The notes below the pieces were generated by a model. That model ran no database searches. It saw only the letters and a list, made by a program, of their open reading frames with translations, and was not told the origin of the DNA. 11,304 nucleotides of DNA from Geosiphon pyriformis uo1 (Eukaryota > Fungi > Glomeromycota): NCBI GenBank assembly GCA_016748015.1, contig JAAOMT010000260.1:1-11304 (forward strand), read 5' to 3'. The translations under genes and the position numbers were made by a program. Positions 1-8,883 of this stretch are shown here, piece after piece. Positions within the stretch are counted from its first letter, which is position 1. The number at the start of each line of letters is the position of its first letter.

Positions 1-1176
1 AAAGGAAATATTTGGAGATGAAAATTCAAATATCGTTTCAGTAGGATCGGAATCAAATTCCTTGTAATGTCTCACGACCCCACAATAGCCTATATATAGG
101 AGGTCTCAAATATTTTTATGACATTCATCTTTAAATTGTGAATCTCTTTACACACTTATCTAAAAGCATAAAAAATAAAAGGTAGCATTTAAACTTAAAT
201 CCTCATTACATGGGAAATCTTACCAACATTATGGTTATATTACTTAAAACGCCGATAATATAGGCAATCAAAATGAGTTAGCTTTATTAAAATATATAAA
301 TGACTCTCTATATAAATGGCCAAAATAAATTGCATTCAATCTATTATACCTAAAGTTGGTGGTTATTTTTTGAAAACAAGATCCAGTCGACATATTGAAT
401 AAAATCATCGAATTTTTGTATTAGGCCTCCATTATCTGATAATATTGCGTATTTGACTTCTTTACTACCAATTGAATTACTTTCTCAGAAAAAAAATTAT
501 TTTAACCCGATTTTCATTAAGGCCCTGCAAGAATACTTAACTTTATTGACTATTATAAATAAATAAATAATCAAAATTCTTGATCTTTCTCGCGTTGTTT
601 TATTTATTTGACGTGAAAAATTACATCTTTATATAGTGAAAGATTTTTAAACAAAGGATCTCCCAAAGCTTTTATCCGATAATCTTAAAGAATAGCGAGT
701 TATCAGCAAAATTAAAATTTTCTAAATCCATTTCCATTTTGATTTCTCTTTAATAGTTATTCTACCACCCCATTGATTAGATATTAGAAAGTCTCATTAC
801 TGACTTTTTGAGTCTTTTTTTACATTTCTTTTTAGAATAACGTCAAAGAACCAGGTGATATGAACAGTTAATCATCAATAGTATATTCATAATATTTTTT
901 CGAGGCATTTTTCTTCGCAGAAATAAATTGACTGGAGCTAGTAAGGAGCAAGGTCAATAATTCAAACTCGATTTCATTTATATCTAAATCTCTAGTCTAA
1001 AAAATGATTAAGTTCGATCGATAAGTGCTATTTTAGTATGAAAAACTTCAGTAAATATTAAAACTATTATAATTAAAGGCATTTCAAATAATTTACAACA
1101 TTAAAAAATGCAACAGCGAGACTTGAGGTGCTCTTTATCCGAGTTGTTACCTAACACTCCTTCAACTTTTGTATAG

Positions 1177-1438
1177 TTCTGATATCAAAGATTGTCAATT
1201 TTTCATTGAACCTCCCAGAATTAAAAGATATAGATATCACCCAGCACGTTTTTAATTCAACCCAATCGCAAATTAAATCCAACTTTGATGATGTTTGCCC
1301 TGCTGGTTCTTATGAATTTAGTGGGTTGCATTAGTTTTGTGAAATATACTTTGATTAAGAAGACTTTGCTTAATCCGATTTTTTAGGCTCACAACAATTG
1401 CACATAAACATTGGTTTTTTGAACAACACCCGTTATTA
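1177..1438 (+). pseudogene. Possible decayed exon(s) of an unidentified gene
   Basis: After a TTTTGTATAG acceptor-like site (ends 1176), the frame starting at 1179 reads LISKIVNFSLNLPELKDIDITQHVFNSTQSQIKSNFDDVCPAGSYEFSG. A second TTTTTTAG acceptor lies near 1386. I found no consistent upstream exon phase and recognised no family. Confidence 0.2.
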
Positions 1439-2518
1439 AAACAAGAGCATTTAATTAGAATAATTTATTTTATAGTAATCCTTCAATACTATATTGGCTC
1501 GAATTGAAATATATTACCAAAGCTATTAATGCTACAATAATAAAATAAGAAAAGAAAGAGAATTATGAATTTCAATATTTTTTAATTCATTGGTCAAAAT
1601 TCATTGGCAATAAAAAGAGTGTTTTTGCATTTCCTTTCTTACTCTCAAGCAAAATGACTTGGTGCTTGGTTTTTTTTATTTTTTAGGACAATTTTTGGCA
1701 ATTGCCCTTCGAAATTAAGAGTCAATTTAGAGTGTTAATTTTGTAGAGTTCATTAAGTAAATACAGTGGAGAAAACTTGTATGATACTGAGAATTTGTTT
1801 AATTTAGAATAAAAAAAAAGATGATCTAAATTTCAGTAATTCATTTAATTATCTTCATAACCTTTACATTCAACCAAAGGACTTGAAACTTCATTTCTTG
1901 TCAGCATATTGGAACACAAAAAATTCTTTTTAATGAATAAGTAATAGTTTATTTTAGATGCATATCTCAGAGAAAAGAGGAGAAATATTAAAATATTTTG
2001 CCCTAAACATAACAATTCTTAAAGTTGATTGATAACAAATGCGCTTTAATAATTTTAAAAAAAGGAAATATGGAGCCATTTATGCATGAAAACTAGAAAA
2101 AGATTTCAAGAAAACCTCAAAATAGAAAGCACGGCAAATGAGTGAAGGAGGAAAATGAAAAATATTAACTTACAATTTCACTGTAATTTGATTGAAATAA
2201 AAGTTGTTACATCAATTAAAATAATTATCTACAAGTCCAAAAAAATGTGCAAAGAAAAAATAGAAACTAAATATTTCCCAAGATAGTTAAATATTTCATC
2301 GGATAGGGCTGTGAATTTTTCAAAATTTTTTTTATAAGTCTCTAAAGGAAAGACTTTTACAGTGAAGTTTTTTTAAAACTAATTATTTCATCACTAAGTA
2401 AACATAGTCTATGCTAAGAAGGCTCTATAATAATTTAATTAATAAAAATTTAGTAGCTGCTTAAAAAGAGTTTTTTATTAAATACTGAATGATATTATTT
2501 ATTATGATAGACATGAAA

Positions 2519-2863
2519 TTAAGCTAAATCAAAAATGCATTCTTTTCTCCACTACTCTCAATTGAGACCAGTTCTCCAGGTTTTACATCAGTGATAAATA
2601 CCCCATCATCCTCATTTAACGTCTCGTTTTCATTAATTCTTACTTTTCCATCAGTATTTGTTAGATGAAGATATAACCTTCTCATTTTATTATTCTCTCC
2701 TTGAACGGTATTTTTAACATTTTTACTAGGTTCTAAGATGTGGAATCATTTTCTTTTTTTACTAAGGCGTCGGTAGTGAGAGGCGCAATCAAATGAGCAA
2801 GAGAATTCTTTTTTTGACTATTAGAAAATGATTTTATAGTTTGAGCTTAAAAATGTTTGGTTT
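2519..2863 (-). pseudogene. Pirin / YhhW-like (RmlC-like cupin) gene remnant, C-terminal half only
   Basis: The minus strand reads, across frameshifts, KPNIFKLK..SFSNSQKKNSLAHLIAP..ILEPSKNVKNTVQGENNKMRRLYLHLTNTDGKVRINENETLNEDDGVFITDVKPGELVSIESSGEKNA..FDLA* (stop 2519-2521). This fits the pirin C-terminal cupin pattern (ILE.G..V, R..Y.H, IN....L..GDG.FI, terminal FDLA). It has internal deletions (IHQD segment and EFxL missing) and no N-terminal metal-binding half. Confidence 0.72.
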
Positions 2864-2885
2864 ATTAATAATTCAAAGTAAATAT

Positions 2886-2975
2886 ATGAAATAACCATAT
2901 GAATATTCAGATTGATGAAATGACATACGAATATTCAGATTGATTAAATGACCATATGAATATTTATATTGATAA
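2886..2975. repeat. Degenerate 28-29 bp tandem repeat, 3 copies
   Basis: ATGAAATAACCATATGAATATTCAGATTG (2886-2914), ATGAAATGACATACGAATATTCAGATTG (2915-2942), ATTAAATGACCATATGAATATTTATATTG (2943-2971). Confidence 0.9.
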
Positions 2976-3000
2976 AAGATCCAGAACAGTCCTCAGATAA

Positions 3001-3098
3001 TGAGCGTGTTTTTTTTTGTGTTTCTATTTTGAACGTGTTTTTTTTGAGCCCACTATCTTGAAATTATCAATTCCCAAAGTCTCAATAACAACGCAATT
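3001..3098 (+). promoter_or_regulatory. Putative promoter/5'UTR of gene A, homologous to the upstream region of gene B
   Basis: It has two GARCGTGTTT motifs, then CTATCTTGAAATTATCAATTCCCAAAGTCTCAATAACAACGCAATT-ATG. The reverse complement of 8492-8570 reads CGTGTTT..GAGCGTG..CTATCTTGAAAAAATATCAATTCCAAAGTTTAATAACAACACAATT-ATG. The homology is seen directly; the regulatory role is inferred from position. Confidence 0.55.
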
Positions 3099-5483
3099 AT
3101 GGAAAACCTTTCTGATGAAAATAGTAAGTATCAAAGAAGAAAACTTTATTTGCAAGAGAGCTGAATATGTAACTCTTTATTCACACTTTTGACAGTTTTT
3201 ATCGAGTACTTTAAGAATACCTCTTCTGAACATTGGTCATATTGGGATTTCTTGCTAACCAACCAAGCTGAAATCATCACATCACCACCTTTTTCAGATC
3301 AATGGACTGGTCTTGATGGTGCTTGGCAAAGGCGTTTCTTTTGCAAGGCTAGAGAGATGTCGCAATTGGAGGATTCAAACTGGAAGGTTATTATGTTTTG
3401 TTTCTTTGGGTAGATGGGGAAATTAATTAGCACAAATATTAATCATTATGTTTCAATAATTATAGCTTCCAAAAAATAGCCAGCTATTTTCTTTTTGGGA
3501 TCACAGTATTCAGAGCCGCAAATCCGATGCAAGTGATCCCAAAAATTTCAGCCTAGAAAAACGTAGTGTTTTTAATGAGGTAAGTAAAATTAGGGCAGTG
3601 AAATAGTTTACATTATTGTACTATTTTTAATATAAGAAAATAGGAAAAGGAAATAAGACAAGATTTCGTAGCACAGAAAAAGGTACAAATATAAATTTTC
3701 TAAGCGTGTTATTTTAAATTACAACAGATTCTTTCAACCAATTTTTTTATTCATTGTTTGTTGGTTTGCAGTTAAAGACAAATGCTGATGGGGAAAAGAA
3801 ATCTCAAATGGATGATAACGATTTGTTTTCAAGACATAATAAAGAAGAAATAGTATTTAATTATTAGATTTTTCTTCTCTTAAGTCAAATTAGCCTGTTT
3901 TTATTAGCAATTTTTAAAATTTTCTTTGTTTTTTAGACACCCAATTCTTCTCCGACAAGAAAATATTCTACTTGTTTACCACAACTTTCACTACATTCAT
4001 CACTCCAAAAAATTGAAGACATTTCTGGTGATGAAGCAGATTTTGATTCAGCCACTTCAAGTATACAAGTTAACTGTCCTATCATTATTAATGATATAGT
4101 GGAGCTGCAATTAGGATCCTTGCCTTGTGAAAATTCTCGATGGTTCATAAACAATTTGGATATTTCTAAAAAATGGCATATATTTAAGGAGGAATCTTTG
4201 AAATTAGCAAATGATAGTGGTCTTTTTTTAGAAAGCCATGTTCAGCAAATACTGTATGTTTCAATCTTTTCATTTTGCAATTGGTCTATACTTTTACTTT
4301 TTATTGATTTCATTCTACTATTCCAAACTCTTCTTTAACTTTATATTATAGATCGTTATCACATATTTTTTTATTAAAGCCCAAACAACATTGTCCTTTA
4401 ATGGTCAAAATATTTGGTGCTGAATTATTGAATATGATGCACAAGGATGTTATGCAAAGGCTTACTAAGTGCAAAATAGAGTTTGAAGTTTTCTTAAAGA
4501 TTACTCCTATTATCAAGGTATGTTGTTTTTTTTGCCCTTATTTAATGTGAAAAAAAGAGAAAATAAATTGTATCTCTTTTTTGTTACAGTGCCTGCAAAG
4601 AGAAGAAATTACAAGAAAAAATGCAGTTTTAAAACTGCGAATGCTTGCAATCGACTGTGCCTATGGAGAGTGCGCTATTTTGCAGGCTATTGAAAACATG
4701 TAAGATTGGGCTAAACTGTGGAGAAAGAAAAGTCATTTAATAATATTAACACATTTTAATTAGTATTCAAAGAGTACCAGCAATGACATTAAAATCCCCT
4801 ATTGGAGAAGTAGAACTATGTACTACTTACATAGATCCAGTTCTTAGCCCAATTTTTGGGGATCCTGATCGTGATGTATTTTTGCGATGGTCCAATAAAG
4901 AGGCACCGGAATCCAAGAATAGAAAGTTAACAGGGAGGGCCAAGCAACCGGATGCCATCATTAGCGTCACTAATCAACTCTCTTGGGGCTCGAGCAGAGG
5001 ACATGGTGAGGTAAAAGTGCAAGGAAAAATGAATAATCTCTACAGCCTATGCACTGATCTTGTCCGAGTGGCTGTGTTCAATAAAGATGCTATTGATTTT
5101 TTTAACATGAATTGTATTCTCGGATTTCAAGTCGTTGGTAAGGTTTTTAACATTTGTTTTTTTTTATCAAAAGTCATACTAATAAGAGCTTAATAGGGCA
5201 ACATATCACATTTTACCTCACCACTCTCTTATATGATGGCATGTATGTTATGGTGGAGGTTGGTCATCTTAATGTGCCGATGTCACTTGAGGAGCTTCCG
5301 GCTTTTCTTACAAGTCTCGACACACTTCTCGTTGTCTCCAATGCATTTTGGAACAATTGTGCTATGTCCCGTCCTGCTGCAGAAATGGAGCCAAAAAAGC
5401 GTAGCACACTTGCAACACCAAATTTCAAAGAACTGGTCGCGAAAAGCCGTGATCGACATCGTTCTTGTGAATTACGATTTTGA
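3099..5483 (+). CDS. Gene A: 10-exon, 567-aa protein with N-terminal header domain and C-terminal PD-(D/E)XK REase-fold nuclease (Crinkler-like architecture)
   Basis: Exons 3099-3123, 3196-3386, 3466-3579, 3644-3682, 3772-3852, 3937-4253, 4352-4517, 4590-4699, 4764-5137 and 5197-5483 are all GT-AG bounded and phase-consistent, summing to 1704 nt with no internal stop. The protein starts MENLSDENIFIEYFKNT. Motifs: HVQQILSLSHIFLL, GEVELCTTYIDPVLSPIF, LRWSN, AKQPDAII, GHGEVK, DLVRV, LGFQVVG, so the PD...ExK catalytic set is present. The small exons 3-5 are the least certain. Confidence 0.85.
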
Positions 5484-5603
5484 AAATTTATCAAAGCACG
5501 AAAATAATATTTTATATTAACAAATGATCAATCTAACCAGGATAAACAAATCTCCTCAATAATGCTAAGTAAAACGGAGGCATTTCAACAATTTTAATTT
5601 CTA

Positions 5604-5642
5604 TAGTCTAATATGTATATTTGACATAAATATATTAGACTA
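5604..5642. repeat. Inverted repeat / hairpin with 11-bp perfect arms
   Basis: TAGTCTAATAT (5604-5614) pairs with ATATTAGACTA (5632-5642) around a partly self-complementary 17-nt spacer, about 120 nt after the gene A stop. Confidence 0.7.
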
Positions 5643-6403
5643 AATTTTTAATACATGTAAATGGAAAATGGCCAAACTTTGATTTTAAAACTTAGATGAT
5701 AAATTTGGGTTAACAAAGAGCAAATTAAATTTTAAATATTCATATCTTTGTGTTCGAATTATTGACTTTATCAAAGAATAAAAATATTATGAAATTTGAT
5801 CCATAGAGTTTTAATTTCAAATATTATAATCACCCAAAAGATTTTTAATAGCTATATATTAAAGCATAAAAAATTTAAACGAGAAATATTAACTGATAAG
5901 ATAAAATCTTTCAAATTTCACATAAAGGCTTATTTCTCCCATCCCTTTTAAATCACATAATTAAAATAAGATCAAATATTAAAGGGTGCGAAATTATTAA
6001 TACCGATAAAAGTAGGAATTTCTAAAATTTAAACTTTCAAATCAAGAGCTTAAATTAGGGCGCAAAAATCACGCTGAAGGAGTCAATCTAAGATTTAAGG
6101 TATCTTTAGAAATCCGAGAAAATTATCTGAACTTTGAATAAAAGGCGTGCATTGACATTCGCGAGAATATTACAACATAATGTTCATTTGTGTTTTTTGC
6201 CTCTTTTGAAAAGCGGTAATACAAAACGGAAATTGAATGAGGCTTATATCGGCAGGATTTGGACTGGGTGATTGTAATTAATTTGCAAGGAATCGTAATT
6301 TGCTTAATTCTATTTTCTTCATATATAAAAGAATTTAACTCCTAGGAGTACTCAAAGTTCTTAATTTTAATTGAGAATTTTGAATTGATTATATGCTAAT
6401 AAA

Positions 6404-7256
6404 ATGGCTCAAGCTCCACAAAGAAATAGATTTCTAGCGAATTGGAAATAATTACAACAACATGATAGGGGCCGGGACCTTTTGTCAGGTAAATTTTCCA
6501 TAATTTAATTTCAATTTGAAATTGAAATTAGAATCCAATGGCTTTAGTTTATTGGATAATAGGGACATTCATGTCTTTATTCGGTTCTTTATCATATGCT
6601 GAGGTTTGTTGAAACTAATCAAAACTTTGGTAAATACTTTCCTGAAATTAGCTAATTAATTATATTCTTTAGTTGGGACAGTAGTAGTGAAGTGATCTAT
6701 TTAAGAGAAAGCTTCAGGCACTTTTCAGTTATATGTTCAGTTTCTCTATGATTAGTGTAAGTCATTAAAACTCTATTATTCAAATCTACCCAATCAAGAA
6801 TCTAAGCATTATAGCTAGTGCCATACACAATATACGCGTTTACTGCTTATGATCTATGTGATAATATGCTGTCGATCAAATGGGCCAATCACTTATTTGT
6901 TTTAAAAGTTACAGTGGATGAATTAGACCCGGAGCCTATTATGTAAGAACAAATTTCGTTGAAGATTTCAATTTATTTAATTTGAGAGATCAGATATCTT
7001 AGTAAACAATTTACTTGCTGTACAATCTGTTTCAGGGCTGAACGAAATAATTGGTAGTCAATTGGCGTTCTCTGTTGGAGGCGAAAATGCAGCTTGGATA
7101 TTAGCGTTCTTTATCCCTTGTTTCGCTTTCGGTGCGCTAGCAGTCATGTTTTCTACAGGGGCACAAATCATTATAGCTGCGGCATATCGAGAATATATTC
7201 CTTTGTTTTTACCAATACTCAGGAAATGGAATATAAACATAAAAGATCAAAGATAA
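6404..7256 (+). pseudogene. APC-superfamily (LAT/MUP1-like) amino-acid permease pseudogene, internally deleted and 3'-truncated
   Basis: ATG 6404 reads MAQAPQRNRFL, then shifts frame into IGNNYNNMIGAGTF (TM1-like). 6538-6603 reads MALVYWIIGTFMSLFGSLSYAE, followed by intron 6604-6672 and LG..SEVIYLRESF..LFSYMFSFSMI (YAELG signature). About 7038-7240 reads LNEIIGSQLAFSVGGENAAWILAFFIPCFAFGALAVMFSTGAQIIIAAAYREYIPLFLPILRKWN. There are several frameshifts, the middle helices are largely missing and the last TM helices are absent. Confidence 0.8.
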
Positions 7257-7336
7257 AAAGATTTGCATAAAAAAAAAGGGAAAACTTGATAAGAAATTTC
7301 TACATCCTTGGGAGGCAATCATAAAAAGATTGTCCT

Positions 7337-8491
7337 TTAAGTGAAAAATTCAAATGGTATAACCCTTCTACGTAAACGCAGGGTGCTTGACCTTCTTGGG
7401 TTTCTGTGACGTGTCCAAAGTGTTGGAGATATATCCCATGGACGAAGAAGGAGGCGTTGATTTCCCTCAAGCGAAAAGCGCATCGATGACCGTGATAACT
7501 CTTCCAGGTTCTCCAGCGCTTGGTTTACCCACAACTGCATCAATACACTATATATTAGATTTAACGGCTTAAATAATTACTTATATAATAGAATTAATCA
7601 TCCTACCTTCAAGTACAGGAGAATGTGTATTGTATCTGGCATCCATAGCAGGTCTGCAGGAGATTGCGGAATCCAGAAAGTTGCAACTTGCTTAAAACGA
7701 TAAAGATGCTTATGTGGAATATCCATTGCATAGATATAGACTTTCCAGCCTAAAGATTTAAAGAAGTATCTGATTAGAACGAAGCCCCCAAAAAGAAACT
7801 CGTAATAAAACTTACCGAACACTTGAATTCCGAACACCTTCAGTTTCTGGAAGATATCACTGTTACCACGCTCACACCTCTTTGCCACAAGGTTGAGGAT
7901 ATCCTTAAGGCCTTTTTGTATCTTAATTTTATCATCACCGAAGTGCTCCAGGTCATTTTCATAAGGTGGCCCACTAACCTCGGACACTAATAACTCCTGA
8001 CCGAAGTGACTTCGTAAAGAGAGGATTGCATCTGTTCGCTGCTCAGGCCTCCGGCGTGTGTTAAATTCAACCTCCTGATTACGCCGAATTGAAGATGCCT
8101 CTAGGCCAATTTCACCCCATTTTACTTGATAATTTTCCTGGAGGTAATGACCTCGCCAAGAGGTTCTGCACCATTTATTAAAAAAACATAATGGCCTTCC
8201 ACTTTGAATCATCCCATTGTGGCATTTCTTTAGCCTTGAGAAAACAACGGTTTTGCCAAGCACCATTGAGACCGGCCCATTCATCTGACCAAAGTGGCAG
8301 TGTGGTAATTACAGCCTCATTGGATCGTAAGAAATGCAAATAGGACCATTTTTTAAAAGGGGTTTTCTTAAAATACTGGTTAAGAACTATCATAAGTGCC
8401 AATAGAGAGGTATTAATACAGTTATTTCTCTTGCAAAATAAGGTTTTCTTCTTTGACACTTACTATTTTTGCCAGGAAAGTTGTCAGTCAT
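7337..8491 (-). pseudogene. Gene B: header shared with gene A joined to a different (EVSG-type) REase-fold domain; probably disrupted
   Basis: ATG 8491; exon 8491-8464 (MTDNFPGKN); intron 8463-8387; exon 8386-8196 (191 nt). The donor then reads GC instead of GT. The REase part reads YQVKWGEIGLEASSIRRN..QRTDAIL..ELLVSEVSGPP..DKIKIQKGLKDIL..VFGIQVFG to 7816, then intron 7815-7750, exon 7749-7607, intron 7606-7535 and a last exon LWVNQALENLEELSRS. A probable 1-nt deletion near 7462 shifts off a natural-looking tail KSTPPSSSMGYISNTLDTSQKPKKVKHPAFT* (stop 7368-7370). As assembled, the frame stops at 7337. Confidence 0.72.
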
Positions 8492-8570
8492 AATTGTGTT
8501 GTTATTAAACTTTGGAATTGATATTTTTTCAAGATAGAGTGGACAAAACGCACGCTCAAATAAACACGAT
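8183..8570 (-). repeat. Inverted, diverged copy of 3001-3399 (promoter to start of intron 2)
   Basis: Upstream motifs, exon 1, intron 1, exon 2 (hand count 145/191 nt identical, no indels) and the first ~13 nt of intron 2 (GTTATTATGTTTT vs GCCATTATGTTTT) align. Similarity then stops abruptly. Confidence 0.92.
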
Positions 8571-8586
8571 AAAAAAAACCAATTAA

Positions 8587-8651
8587 AAAACCTGCGATAG
8601 ATTGGATAGATTGGATAGATTGGGTAAAACCTGCAATAGGGTAAAAACCTG
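8587..8651. repeat. Short tandem repeats upstream of gene B: (GATAGATTG)x3 and AAAACCTG x3
   Basis: GATAGATTG occurs at 8596-8604, 8605-8613 and 8614-8622, reading CCAATCTAT on the gene B strand. AAAACCTG occurs near 8587, 8626 and 8644. Confidence 0.85.
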
Positions 8652-8883
8652 TAAACCCCGTGATTGTATCAAGTGAAATCTGCGATAAATAGACATTTTT
8701 TAAGAACAATGGCACCTTTTGAGAGCAGACCCAATTGAAAGTACTGTAAAGTTGACCAAACGAAGTAACGCAACTTTGAATGGAAAATTCAAACAAGTAA
8801 TACTTTTATTATTGAAACAGGTAAGTTTAAAAATAGAGATCCTTCTTTATTACATATAGCGATCAGTTTTTATTGCAAAAAAC

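Noticed and set aside
620-1000. Coding-like minus-strand stretch (TRDLDINEIEFELLTLLL...)
   Set aside because: It has multiple stops and no recognisable family. It may be an old gene remnant, but I cannot support that.
3099-5483. Bacterial restriction-modification or defence operon interpretation
   Set aside because: The genes have spliceosomal introns, and there is no methyltransferase or operon structure. The DNA is eukaryotic.
3933-5520. ORFs 3933-4154 (-), 5233-5520 (+) and 5264-5494 (-)
   Set aside because: These are antisense or off-frame shadows of gene A exons.
6506-6530. Palindrome TAATTTCAATTT-G-AAATTGAAATTA
   Set aside because: It is low-complexity, AT-rich sequence inside an intron of a pseudogene, with no supporting context.
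3001-8570. The ~400-bp inverted homology as terminal inverted repeats of one transposon
   Set aside because: The repeats are gene 5' ends (promoter, exons, intron), only ~76% identical in the exon, with no sharp outer termini or target-site duplication.
7058-8796. ORFs 7058-7240 (-), 7387-7572 (+) and 8488-8796 (-)
   Set aside because: The first two are antisense to permease and gene B exons. The third runs through gene B's upstream repeats (QSIQSIQSI) and has a non-ATG start.
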